A stretch of 61,275 nt of DNA from Bacteroidota bacterium (GTDB taxonomy: Bacteria > Bacteroidota > Bacteroidia > 2-12-FULL-35-15): positions 1 through 61,275 of the forward strand of contig CANFLQ010000005.1 of assembly GCA_947447995.1 (NCBI GenBank), given 5' to 3'. Below are positions 15,850 to 25,566 of the stretch, one piece after another. Below the pieces are notes generated by a model. That model saw nothing but the letters and a program-made list of their open reading frames with translations. It did no database searches and had not been told where the DNA came from. The translations under genes were made by a program, and so were the position numbers. Position 1 is the first letter of the stretch, and every line of letters starts with the position of its first letter.

Positions 15850-18330
15850 ATGACAGAGCAACTCCCCATCGTAGAAGTTATTCCTGAGATTAAAAAAAAA
15901 TTAGAAGAGCACAACACCCTTATTTTACAAGCCCCACCAGGTGCGGGAAAAAGCACAGTACTTCCACTACAATTATTAAACGAACCTTGGTTGAAAGGTA
16001 AAAAAATTATTATGTTGGAGCCTCGCCGACTAGCAGCTAGGTCTGTGGCAACACGAATGTCGTCCATATTGGATGAACCTATTGGAACAACAGTAGGGTA
16101 TCGTGTTCGCTTTGACAATAAAACAAGTAAACAAACACGTATTGAAGTATTGACAGAAGGAATATTAACCCGCATGTTACAACAGGACAATACATTGGAA
16201 GATGTTGGGTTGGTTATATTTGATGAGTTTCATGAACGCAGCTTGCACGCTGATTTAGCGTTGGCATTGTGCAGAGAGATACAAACTGTATTACGTGAAG
16301 ACCTGCGTATACTTATCATGTCGGCAACACTAGATGGAGAGCAACTTTCAACCTTGCTTGGCAATGCACCTATTTTAACAAGTGAAGGAAGACAATACCC
16401 CATACAACTGTTTTATTTACCGACAGAGAACGATACAAACCTTCCGCTGCAAATGGCAAAGGCTATTCGCAAAGCTCTTACAGAACAAGAAGGTGATGTA
16501 CTGGCTTTTTTACCAGGTGCAGGGGAGATTCAACGCACACAGGAACTATTAGAAAAAGAGATTGGTAACATCAGTATTCATCCTTTGTTTGGCGACCTTC
16601 CGCAACAAAAACAACAGGAAGCCATCATGCCTCATCCGCAAGGAAAACGTAAAGTTGTATTGGCAACCTCCATTGCAGAAACTAGTTTAACAATAGAAGG
16701 CATTAAAATAGTGGTTGACAGCGGCTATTGCAAATCTCCCCGTTTCGACCCTAAAACAGGGCTAACCCGACTAGATACCATCCGCGTTACACAAGATATG
16801 GCAATACAACGAGCAGGAAGAGCTGGACGTTTAGGTCCGGGTATATGTTATCGTTTGTGGCACGAAGCCACACATCAACACTTGTTGGCGCACCGTACTC
16901 CCGAAATTATGGAGGCCGACCTAGCACCTACTATCATTGAACTATCACAATGGGGTACGCATAATATACAGGCATTGGCGTGGCTAAATCCTCCTCCCAA
17001 TGCGGCTGTAACTCAAGCTCAACAATTGCTAGAAGAGTTGCAAGCTATAGAAACCAACAAGATCACCGAACGTGGCAAAGAAATGTTGCGATTGCCAACA
17101 CACCCTCGCATAGCACATTTGCTTTTGGAAGGGAAACATTATGGTTTACTTGCTTTAGCTACAGATCTTGCAGCTGTGTTAGAAGAACGCGATCCCTTAC
17201 AAAAAGATGTCGGCGCCAACATCACCCTACGGATTGAAGCATTACGAAAATGGAGAAATAAAGAATATGTTGTTGCAGATAAAAATACATTGGAACGCAT
17301 TGAGCGACTCGCTTCTCAATGGCGAAAACTATTTTCTATAACTCAGGATAATGCTGCACCTATTGATCAGGATGTAGGCAAACTTGTGGCTGCTGCATAT
17401 CCTGAGCGACTCGCCAAACAAAGAGAACAAAACCATAGATACCGCTTATCAAATGGGAAAATAGCAAAGCTCAATGAACATGATCCTTTGAGCCACGAAA
17501 CTTTTTTAGCAATTGCACAATTGGATGCAGGAACCAATGAAGGTAAAATATACATGGCTGCACCTATCAGCTTAAGCGATATTGAACATTTGGCAACAGA
17601 AAAACGAGTGATTAACTGGGATGCCCAGGCTGGAATATTAGTAGCCAGAAATGAAAAACGTATTGGCGATATTATTCTTGAAAGCAAGCCTTTAAAAATA
17701 ATTCCGGAAGAAGAAAAAGTTAAAATTTTATGTGACGTCGTTCGGAAGGAGGGTTTATCACTTTTTAATCAAACAGAACAGGTACTTGCATGGAAAGCCC
17801 GCATACAAAGCCTCATTAAATGGAAACCGGATGATGGGTGGGACAATTTAAGTGACGAATATTTATTAAATACTCCGGAAGATTGGCTTGGACCACACAT
17901 CAGTAATATAAAAAAACGAGAGGACTTTTTTAAACTTGACCTGTATCAAATTTTAACGGGATTGTTATCTTACCCTCAAACACAGCAACTAGATACGCTC
18001 GCTCCTGCTAAAATAAAAGTGCCAAGTGGTTCAAGCATTGCCATTGATTATCAAACGGATGGAACCAGCCCTGTGTTAGCAGTTCGCTTACAGGAAATGT
18101 TTGGATTACAGGATACTCCAACTGTAAATGAAGGGAAAATAAAAATAACGCTACACCTTCTTTCGCCCGGATACAAACCTGTTCAGGTTACTCAAGATTT
18201 AAAAAGCTTTTGGAAAAACACCTACCAGGAAGTACGAAAAGAATTAAAGATACGTTACAAACGCCATCATTGGCCCGAAGATCCTTGGACAGCCGAGGCT
18301 GTTGCCGGAGCAAAAAAAAGAGGAACTTAA
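15850..18330 (+). CDS. hrpB: ATP-dependent DEAH-box helicase HrpB
   Basis: APPGAGKST, LEPRRLAAR, IFDEFHERSL, MSATL, LATSIAETSLTIEG, QRAGRAGR and the C-terminal HrpB domain (LAVRLQEMFG, ELKIRYKRHHWPEDP). Confidence 0.95.
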   Translation: MTEQLPIVEVIPEIKKKLEEHNTLILQAPPGAGKSTVLPLQLLNEPWLKGKKIIMLEPRRLAARSVATRMSSILDEPIGTTVGYRVRFDNKTSKQTRIEVLTEGILTRMLQQDNTLEDVGLVIFDEFHERSLHADLALALCREIQTVLREDLRILIMSATLDGEQLSTLLGNAPILTSEGRQYPIQLFYLPTENDTNLPLQMAKAIRKALTEQEGDVLAFLPGAGEIQRTQELLEKEIGNISIHPLFGDLPQQKQQEAIMPHPQGKRKVVLATSIAETSLTIEGIKIVVDSGYCKSPRFDPKTGLTRLDTIRVTQDMAIQRAGRAGRLGPGICYRLWHEATHQHLLAHRTPEIMEADLAPTIIELSQWGTHNIQALAWLNPPPNAAVTQAQQLLEELQAIETNKITERGKEMLRLPTHPRIAHLLLEGKHYGLLALATDLAAVLEERDPLQKDVGANITLRIEALRKWRNKEYVVADKNTLERIERLASQWRKLFSITQDNAAPIDQDVGKLVAAAYPERLAKQREQNHRYRLSNGKIAKLNEHDPLSHETFLAIAQLDAGTNEGKIYMAAPISLSDIEHLATEKRVINWDAQAGILVARNEKRIGDIILESKPLKIIPEEEKVKILCDVVRKEGLSLFNQTEQVLAWKARIQSLIKWKPDDGWDNLSDEYLLNTPEDWLGPHISNIKKREDFFKLDLYQILTGLLSYPQTQQLDTLAPAKIKVPSGSSIAIDYQTDGTSPVLAVRLQEMFGLQDTPTVNEGKIKITLHLLSPGYKPVQVTQDLKSFWKNTYQEVRKELKIRYKRHHWPEDPWTAEAVAGAKKRGT

Positions 18331-18341
18331 TTAACAAAAAA

Positions 18342-18367
18342 ATCCTCCCGAAATCAATCGGAAGGAT
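18342..18367. terminator. Probable bidirectional intrinsic terminator between convergent hrpB and DUF1573
   Basis: Stem atcctcccga / tcggaaggat with a 6-nt loop and a 5' A-run (a U-tract on the minus strand). Confidence 0.6.
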
Positions 18368-18401
18368 CTAAAAATTTTAATACAAACTTATAAAACAAAA
18401 A

Positions 18402-18857
18402 CTAGTGTTCCGCAGGAGTTGCTGTAACTGATGGTGTTGCTACTGGAGTAGCATCTGGTTTTACCACACCTTTAATTTTAATTACTTTAGATGGTGTATC
18501 TGCATTTGAAGTTAATGTAACTGTTTTTTCAAATGAACCTACTCTATCTGTAGCGTAACGAACTTTAATTACAGCTGAAGCTCCAGGTTTGATTGGTTCT
18601 TTAGGCCATTCTGGAGTTGTGCACCCGCAAGAGCCAACAGCATTGGAAATAATTAAAGGCTCCTTCCCAATATTTTTAAATTTAAACTCACGGTAAGGAT
18701 CAGCATTGTGTTCAATAGTACCATAATCAACAACCTCTGATTCAAATTTAAATTTGGGAGCATTTGGATTTACAGGATTTGGAGTAGTTGTTTCTTGTGC
18801 ATTTACAGCGGCCGCAACGCATAGCATTAAACCGATTGATAAGATTGCTTTTTTCAT
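18402..18857 (-). CDS. DUF1573 domain secreted protein
   Basis: Signal peptide, F.FKN.GKEPLIISN..GSCGCTTP motif, Pro/Thr-rich tail. Confidence 0.88.
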   Translation of the reverse strand: MKKAILSIGLMLCVAAAVNAQETTTPNPVNPNAPKFKFESEVVDYGTIEHNADPYREFKFKNIGKEPLIISNAVGSCGCTTPEWPKEPIKPGASAVIKVRYATDRVGSFEKTVTLTSNADTPSKVIKIKGVVKPDATPVATPSVTATPAEH

Positions 18858-18918
18858 TTTTTTACGTTTTTATTGTTTATTTTAATTTTATTATCTAATT
18901 ATTATTTTATTTATATTC

Positions 18919-19404
18919 TTAATGTTTCTCAAATGGAGTTGCTCCATTATCCGTTTTTTTGCCAATAGGAAAAACTTCTTCTGTAACCTCAGCTTGAACA
19001 TTGCCTTTTATGGTTAATACATCTACATGTTTTTTTGAATTGGAATTAATTGTAACCGTTTTCATAAAATTACCTACACGTTTTGTATCGTAAGTAACTT
19101 TAATTACCTGTGTTTCACCTGGTTTAATTGGAATGTTTTTAGGATACGTAGGAACGGTACACCCGCAAGATCCCTTTGCATCGGTAATAATCAATGGCTC
19201 TGTACCTGTATTTTTAAATTTAAACTCGTATGATCCATTGCCTGCAAATTCTATTGAACCAAAATCATGCGAATCTTTTTCAAAAGTCATTTCGGCATCT
19301 GTAATATGAGGTGCGGCTGCAACAACCAAATTTGAGGGCACTTGAGCTAATACAGCTGTACTTAAAAATAAAAGAGATGATACTGTAAAAATAAATTTCT
19401 TCAT
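18919..19404 (-). CDS. DUF1573 domain secreted protein (tandem paralog)
   Basis: Signal peptide, HDFGSIE...FKFKNTGTEPLII..AKGSCGCTVP motif. Confidence 0.88.
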   Translation of the reverse strand: MKKFIFTVSSLLFLSTAVLAQVPSNLVVAAAPHITDAEMTFEKDSHDFGSIEFAGNGSYEFKFKNTGTEPLIITDAKGSCGCTVPTYPKNIPIKPGETQVIKVTYDTKRVGNFMKTVTINSNSKKHVDVLTIKGNVQAEVTEEVFPIGKKTDNGATPFEKH

Positions 19405-19497
19405 GTTTGTTATAAATTTTATCTTCTTAAAAATTTACAGTTAAAAACTTAACTATAATCGTGCCAAAATTAAAAAAAAGCGGAAAAATAATTTTAG

Positions 19498-19505
19498 TAA
19501 CTTTG
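19498..19505 (+). promoter_or_regulatory. Bacteroidota -7 element (TAACTTTG) upstream of valS
   Basis: Exact TAnnTTTG about 38 bp before ATG 19543. Confidence 0.6.
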
Positions 19506-19542
19506 CTCCTCTTTTTTGAGGAAACTAATTACGGAAATTATT

Positions 19543-22236
19543 ATGGAACTACCAAAAACATACGACCCTAAAATTACTGAAGATAAATGGTATGCCCATT
19601 GGCTCAAACATAAATTCTTTAAATCCACCCCCGACGAACGCGTGCCATACACCATAGTAATTCCTCCACCCAATGTTACAGGGGTATTACACATGGGGCA
19701 CATGCTCAACAACACCATACAAGATGTATTGATACGTATGAAACGTATGCAAGGCTTTAATGCTTGTTGGGTACCGGGTACCGACCATGCTTCTATTGCA
19801 ACAGAAGCAAAGGTTGTTGCCTTGTTAAAAGAAAAAGGGATTAATAAATCAGACCTTACCCGTGAGGAATTTTTAAAATACGCATGGGAATGGAAAGAAA
19901 AATACGGCGGGATTATCCTTAAACAACTTGAGAAACTAGGTGCTTCCTGCGATTGGGATCGTACCCGTTTTACAATGGAAGAAGATTTGAGTGCTGCCGT
20001 AATTGATGTATTTATTGACCTATACAACAAAGGGCAAATATACCGTGGCGTACGTATGGTTAACTGGGATCCTCAGGGATTAACAGCCGTTTCCGATGAA
20101 GAAGTTATCCATAAGGAGGTAAATTCTAAACTTTTTTACGTAAAGTATAAAATTGAAGACGCGGAAGAATGGATTACCATTGCAACCACCCGTCCGGAAA
20201 CAATATTGGGAGATACCGCCATTTGTGTTCATCCTGATGATGAACGCTATAAACACTTGAAAGGTAAAAAAGCTATTGTCCCTATTATTAACCGTGCTGT
20301 GCCAATAATTTTTGATACATACATTGATATGGAATTTGGTACAGGAGCTTTAAAAGTAACTCCTGCTCACGACATCAACGATTATAACCTCGGGGTAAAG
20401 CATAAATTAGAAGTTATCGACACCATTGCTCCCGATGGAAAAATGAGTGCCGCTGCACAGTTTTATATTGGTGAAGACCGTTTTGCTGTTCGTAAAAAAA
20501 TTGCGAAAGATCTGGAAGAAATGGGGCAACTTCTAAAGACTGAGGACATTAAAAATAAAGTGGGATATTCCGAACGCACCAATGCTGTTATTGAGCCCCG
20601 TTTATCCATGCAATGGTTTCTTAAAATGGATATAATTTCAAAACCTGCATTGGATAATGTGTTGAATGGTGAGATTAAACTAATTCCTGAAAAATTTACC
20701 AATACCTATAAACATTGGATGGAAAACGTGCACGACTGGTGCATTTCCCGCCAGTTATGGTGGGGACAACAAATTCCTGCATGGTACGATAATAAAGGGA
20801 ACACTGTAGTTTGCAAAACTAAAACAGAAGCTATTGAAAAATTAAAAGTTAAAAATCCAGATGTTAAATCTGAAGATGTTAAACAGGATGAAGATGTATT
20901 GGATACATGGTTCTCGTCCTGGTTATGGCCCATCAGTGTTTTTGATGGTTTTAAAGAACCCAATGGTAAAGACATTAACTACTACTACCCTACCAATGAC
21001 CTAGTAACGGCTCCCGAAATTTTATTTTTTTGGGTAGCACGTATGATCATTGCCGGTTATGAATACCGCGGACAAAAACCGTTTACCAATGTATATTTAA
21101 CAGGCATTGTTCGTGATAAACAAGGACGCAAAATGAGTAAATCATTGGGTAACTCTCCTGACCCTATTGAATTGATAGAAAAATACGGGGCTGACGGTGT
21201 TCGTGTGGGTATGCTACTTTGCTCCCCAGCCGGTAACGACTTGCCTTTTGATGAAAGTACTTGTGAACAAGGAAGAAATTTCTCCAATAAAATATGGAAT
21301 GCATTTAGATTGATCAAAGGCTGGGAAGTTGATGCTAATATAGTACAAAATGAAGCTAGTAAAATAGCAACTGAATGGTTTGATGCAAAGCTTAATGAAC
21401 AATTAAATCAAATTAATGACCTATACTCAAAATACCGCATGAGTGAAGCGTTGATGTGCACCTATAAATTGGTATGGGATGATTTTTGTGCATGGTATTT
21501 AGAAATGATAAAACCTGAATTTGTTGATGGTAAATCATTGCCTATTGATAAAGAAACTTATGATGCTACGATTATTTTCTTTGAAAAAATTTTAAAAGTA
21601 ATGCATCCTTTCATGCCTTTTATTACGGAGGAAATATGGTCTTTAATTAAAGTAAGGGGAGAGAAAGATTGTATAATTGTTGCTGAATGGCCGAAAGTTG
21701 AAATATTCAAAGATAGAATTGTACCCAATTTTAAAAATGATTTACTCATATGGGAAACATCATTAAAAAATATTTTTTCAGATTTTGAAATTATTAAAGA
21801 AGCAATAAAATTTATTCGCACTGTTAAATTAAGAAGAAATATTAAACACCAAGAAAACATAGAAGTAATTTCACTTCCATTGCTACAAGAAGAAATTTCA
21901 CTCAATTATTGGAAAAATATAATTAAAAAAATCACCAACTGTAATTTGATTATCACTCATGAAGGATTAATAAAAACAAATTATGATTGTTGGATAAATG
22001 GGAAAATGGATTTTTTTATTGCCAAAAAAGATGCTAAATCAATTGAGGATATTGAAAAGCTAATTGGTGAACTTAGATATACTCAAGGGTTTCTTGATAT
22101 GGTTGTAAAAAAATTATCCAACGAAAAATTTATTGCCAATGCCAAACCTGAATTACTTGCTAATGAACAGAAAAAACAAGCAGATGCTGAAGCAAAAATA
22201 AAAGCGTTAGAAGAACAATTAGCAGGATTAAAATAA
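19543..22236 (+). CDS. valS: Valine--tRNA ligase
   Basis: PPPNVTGVLHMGH (HIGH), GTDHASIAT, WCISRQLWWG, DVLDTWFSS, KMSKS and a C-terminal coiled coil. ATG at 19543. Confidence 0.97.
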   Translation: MELPKTYDPKITEDKWYAHWLKHKFFKSTPDERVPYTIVIPPPNVTGVLHMGHMLNNTIQDVLIRMKRMQGFNACWVPGTDHASIATEAKVVALLKEKGINKSDLTREEFLKYAWEWKEKYGGIILKQLEKLGASCDWDRTRFTMEEDLSAAVIDVFIDLYNKGQIYRGVRMVNWDPQGLTAVSDEEVIHKEVNSKLFYVKYKIEDAEEWITIATTRPETILGDTAICVHPDDERYKHLKGKKAIVPIINRAVPIIFDTYIDMEFGTGALKVTPAHDINDYNLGVKHKLEVIDTIAPDGKMSAAAQFYIGEDRFAVRKKIAKDLEEMGQLLKTEDIKNKVGYSERTNAVIEPRLSMQWFLKMDIISKPALDNVLNGEIKLIPEKFTNTYKHWMENVHDWCISRQLWWGQQIPAWYDNKGNTVVCKTKTEAIEKLKVKNPDVKSEDVKQDEDVLDTWFSSWLWPISVFDGFKEPNGKDINYYYPTNDLVTAPEILFFWVARMIIAGYEYRGQKPFTNVYLTGIVRDKQGRKMSKSLGNSPDPIELIEKYGADGVRVGMLLCSPAGNDLPFDESTCEQGRNFSNKIWNAFRLIKGWEVDANIVQNEASKIATEWFDAKLNEQLNQINDLYSKYRMSEALMCTYKLVWDDFCAWYLEMIKPEFVDGKSLPIDKETYDATIIFFEKILKVMHPFMPFITEEIWSLIKVRGEKDCIIVAEWPKVEIFKDRIVPNFKNDLLIWETSLKNIFSDFEIIKEAIKFIRTVKLRRNIKHQENIEVISLPLLQEEISLNYWKNIIKKITNCNLIITHEGLIKTNYDCWINGKMDFFIAKKDAKSIEDIEKLIGELRYTQGFLDMVVKKLSNEKFIANAKPELLANEQKKQADAEAKIKALEEQLAGLK

Positions 22237-22254
22237 TTTTTTTATAGTACATTT

Positions 22255-22289
22255 ACTAATAACTAACCACTAATAACTAATAACTAAAT
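22255..22289. repeat. Family-3 heptamer array (ACTAA[TC][AC] x5)
   Basis: actaata actaacc actaata actaata actaaat, then c-ATG at 22291. Confidence 0.8.
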
Positions 22290-22290
22290 C

Positions 22291-22572
22291 ATGGCTAATC
22301 GCAGACAAATAAAAAGAGAGATCAACTATTTACTAGGAGATGTTTTGGAAGAGTGTTATTCGGAAATGTTAAATAGACCGGATAAAAATGAAAAAGAGAT
22401 TGATGCAATTATTGATGATGCCGTTGATTTAGCAGATGATTTAATATCACGCATAAATAACCTTAAAAATATTAAAACGAGAAAGGATATGAAAGCGCAC
22501 TTCAATGCTATTTTAATTGATTTGGAAGATAAAACATCTGGTTTTATTGAAAGACTTAACAAACTGTCCTAA
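22291..22572 (+). CDS. Small helical hypothetical protein (93 aa), Bacteroidota-type
   Basis: Clean ORF with ATG, amphipathic helical pattern (MANRRQIKREINYLLGDVLEEC), co-oriented after valS. Confidence 0.75.
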   Translation: MANRRQIKREINYLLGDVLEECYSEMLNRPDKNEKEIDAIIDDAVDLADDLISRINNLKNIKTRKDMKAHFNAILIDLEDKTSGFIERLNKLS

Positions 22573-22592
22573 GTTCCTTTATTATTGATATT

Positions 22593-25352
22593 TTACTCTT
22601 CGGGAAACATTTCTGATGTATACGAATCGTAAAGATCAAATAAAAATTCAATCCGTTTTGTATCGGTTGTAAAGGGAGTATCACGATAGCATTTGTCAAC
22701 CGCTTTGTCAAGTAGTTGATGCGCTTTCAATAATTCGTCCGGCATTTTTGATGTGTCGTACAATTTTGCGAGTGAATTATCACTCCTTAAATATTCCTGC
22801 CGTATGTCAATTATTTTTTGTGCTGCTTTTTCAACAGCATTTTTTTTACTTTTTGAAATACCATTTGTCCAAGGGAAATTGTTATAAACTATACTTGCCG
22901 AATATTGATATCTGCTTTCTAATCTACCACACACATAACGCATCCAAGTCATGTGCATAGCAGATGTAAGCACTCCAAAAGTATATAAATCAGCTTTGGG
23001 AATAATTAAGCAGCTTCCACTGGCAATTATTGATGGGGGATAAAACCCGATGGGGATATATTGGCGGTTTTCTGAAGACACCTTCGGTATTAAAATATAT
23101 GTTGATTTTGGTTGGCGAATTTCGCCAAATAAAGTTGGAGTACTTGCCAGTTTTTGTGTAGTTATTCGTTCACTACTTCCCCTATATTTTTTCACAGCTC
23201 TTACTCTTTTCATTACCTCTGTAGATTCCTTTATTTCATCAAGATCAAAATCTAGCAACCATAAACACCAGCGCTTTTTATTGTTTATAAACTCGAACCC
23301 TCCCGTATATTTTCTCAGAAATTTTTTTGCAATTGGTTCAATTTTGAGCAATTCGATTTTCTCTTCATCTGAAAATATTAAATGCCCATCATCAATAGGC
23401 ATACTACCGTAATTCATACTTGGAGCATTATTGATAGAGCTATTTCTCATTTCAATAAAAACATCTTTACCCGCTACTAAATAAGAATTTATGCGACTAG
23501 ATTTTATTTCAATGGGTTCTCCTTTTATGTCCTCATAAATAAATATTTTTTTATCTTTTCTACTAAACAAAGCAAATCCAATAATTACACAATGTACACC
23601 AGCAACCCCATTTGCTTCATTTGTCCATTTAAAAGTTTGATGGGCAAAATTTATTTTAACCTTAAATTTACTTTTCAAATATTTCCAAAATACGCCGACT
23701 TGTTCGCCTTGAGAAATGGAATTGGTACTTACAAAAGCTGACTCCGTTGTTGGATATTTTTGCATATAATCGCATGCTTTTACGTACCATGCAGTTACAT
23801 AATCTAAATTACCCGTTCCTTTAAAGTCATCAAAAATGGTTGTTAAATCATTTTTTTGTTCAACAGTTTGTTCCTTTTTTCCTATGAAAGGAGGGTTACC
23901 TAAAATATAATTGAATACTTTATCTTTTTTTAATGGTTTCCAATCTAAGTGCAGTGAATTATCATTTACAATTATTGCAGCTTCATCTAAAGGAATTGAA
24001 GGAACTGCTGTACCAAATTCGCTTTCCAATCGCATATTCATTTGGTGTTCGGTTAGCCAAAGGGCAACTTTTGCAATCATCGCAGAGGTTGAATCTATTT
24101 CATAACCATAAAAATTTTCAAGAGGAACATTACTTAACCAACTTGAATCAAGCACTCTTGTTCCTTTGTATATTTTTCGAATAATTTCAATGTCAAGTAA
24201 CCGCAACTCACGATAGGTAACTACTAAAAAGTTTCCACAACCACAAGCTGGGTCTAAAAAGGTTAGTCCATTTAATTTAGCTCTGAACTTTTCCAATGAT
24301 ATTTTGCTACTTTTTATTGCTGCAAATTCTTCGTGTAGCTTGCCAAGAAACAGAGGTTCTACAACTCGTTTTATATTTTTTTCAGAAGTATAATGAGCCC
24401 CCAATGATCTTCTTTCATTCTCGTTCATAACTGCTTGAAATAATGAGCCAAAAATAACTGGCGAAATGTCTGACCAATCATAAGCACAGCAGTCTAGAAG
24501 CGCATCTCTTAAAGCATTTGTTGTTGAGGGTACTTTTAATAGTGTATTGTCGAATAAGTCGCCATTAACATAAGGGAATTTTGAAAGGTATTTGTTTATA
24601 GCTTTTCGATTTATTGTCGGCGTATTTAAGGTTTCAAATAATGCTAATAAGTGGTCGCCAAGCGTTTTGCCTGTAGTATGCTCTTTGATATAATTTTCAA
24701 ATTGTTTTTTATCAAATATTCCTGTATCTTCTGCAAACATGCAAAAAAGAATACGTGCTAATAAAATTGCAATGTCGTTTTGGCTGTACCCTTTTCGTTC
24801 AATGGCATCATATACATTTGCAATTCGTTTTGCAGCTTCTTGATTCGCTTTTTCTTCATCTTCTTCCAAGCGACTAGCAAACTCCAGAAAGAAAATAAAT
24901 TCATCTAATTCAATTGCTAGTTTTTCAAGGGGAACTTCAATAAGGAATGTTATTTTTATTTTGTTTGTTTTACTTACTTCAACAGAGTATTTATGAATTC
25001 TTTTGAAATTCATAAGTAAAATAAATTGCGGCCTTTGGTGTGGTAAAAGGTTTTCAATGTATTCCTCTGCTTGATGAAGTGTTTTTTCCCAATGCTTAGG
25101 ATTGTCTAAATGTGCAGATTTTGATTCTATAATTAGTTTACCTGACCAGAACAAGTCGGCAAAGCCAGTGCCCGTTTCGTCTTTCTTTTGAATTGGTTTT
25201 TCAAATTGAGCTAAATCCTTTCTGTCGAGTCCAAAGATTTGAAAAAATTCATTTGTAAAAGTTTGAGCTTCTGCTCTTTCAGCAGTAGTTCCTCTCCATC
25301 GGATAATGAACGCTTCTGCGTTCTCTTTCATTCCTCTTGTGATATTTGTCAT
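22593..25352 (-). CDS. MmeI-like type IIL restriction-modification enzyme (PD-(D/E)xK nuclease + N6-adenine MTase + TRD)
   Basis: N-terminal GFADLFWSGKLIIESKS, LGAHYTSEKNI, motif I FLDPACGCGNFL, motif IV GNPPF, AHQTFKW and C-terminal RYQYSASIVYNNFPW / AHQLLDKAVD typical of the MmeI family. Confidence 0.9.
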   Translation of the reverse strand: MTNITRGMKENAEAFIIRWRGTTAERAEAQTFTNEFFQIFGLDRKDLAQFEKPIQKKDETGTGFADLFWSGKLIIESKSAHLDNPKHWEKTLHQAEEYIENLLPHQRPQFILLMNFKRIHKYSVEVSKTNKIKITFLIEVPLEKLAIELDEFIFFLEFASRLEEDEEKANQEAAKRIANVYDAIERKGYSQNDIAILLARILFCMFAEDTGIFDKKQFENYIKEHTTGKTLGDHLLALFETLNTPTINRKAINKYLSKFPYVNGDLFDNTLLKVPSTTNALRDALLDCCAYDWSDISPVIFGSLFQAVMNENERRSLGAHYTSEKNIKRVVEPLFLGKLHEEFAAIKSSKISLEKFRAKLNGLTFLDPACGCGNFLVVTYRELRLLDIEIIRKIYKGTRVLDSSWLSNVPLENFYGYEIDSTSAMIAKVALWLTEHQMNMRLESEFGTAVPSIPLDEAAIIVNDNSLHLDWKPLKKDKVFNYILGNPPFIGKKEQTVEQKNDLTTIFDDFKGTGNLDYVTAWYVKACDYMQKYPTTESAFVSTNSISQGEQVGVFWKYLKSKFKVKINFAHQTFKWTNEANGVAGVHCVIIGFALFSRKDKKIFIYEDIKGEPIEIKSSRINSYLVAGKDVFIEMRNSSINNAPSMNYGSMPIDDGHLIFSDEEKIELLKIEPIAKKFLRKYTGGFEFINNKKRWCLWLLDFDLDEIKESTEVMKRVRAVKKYRGSSERITTQKLASTPTLFGEIRQPKSTYILIPKVSSENRQYIPIGFYPPSIIASGSCLIIPKADLYTFGVLTSAMHMTWMRYVCGRLESRYQYSASIVYNNFPWTNGISKSKKNAVEKAAQKIIDIRQEYLRSDNSLAKLYDTSKMPDELLKAHQLLDKAVDKCYRDTPFTTDTKRIEFLFDLYDSYTSEMFPEE

Positions 25353-25429
25353 TTATTGCTAGATAAAAATGAATATTTAATTAGGCAAATGCAGTTCAAA
25401 GTTGAATGTTATTTATATTTTAAATTTAC

Positions 25430-25437
25430 CAAATGTA
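25430..25437 (-). promoter_or_regulatory. Bacteroidota -7 element (TACATTTG) upstream of the MmeI-like gene
   Basis: Exact TAnnTTTG on the minus strand about 78 bp before the start. Confidence 0.45.
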
Positions 25438-25481
25438 CAATTTTTGGGTGGAGAAAATAAAAGCTAATTGAGCTAAAAAGT

Positions 25482-25504
25482 AAGATGTTGAAAAGCAACA
25501 TCTT
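25482..25504. terminator. Hairpin, probable intrinsic terminator of the ydcF-like gene
   Basis: Perfect 9-bp stem aagatgttg / caacatctt, 5-nt loop, A/T runs on both sides. Confidence 0.6.
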
Positions 25505-25566
25505 TTAGTATAAACTTATTTCAGGACAAGATATTTACTTTCGTCTTCCTTGTACTTAAAGGCAGG

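Noticed and set aside
19494-20030. 178-aa antisense ORF over valS, and similar short ORFs over wza, wzc, bshA, hrpB, relA and others
   Set aside because: These are shadow ORFs fully overlapping well-supported genes, with no recognisable motifs.
25239-25460. 73-aa plus-strand ORF as a controller or antitoxin for the MmeI-like gene
   Set aside because: It is mostly antisense to the RM gene 5' end, with Ser/Cys-rich low-information sequence and no HTH pattern.
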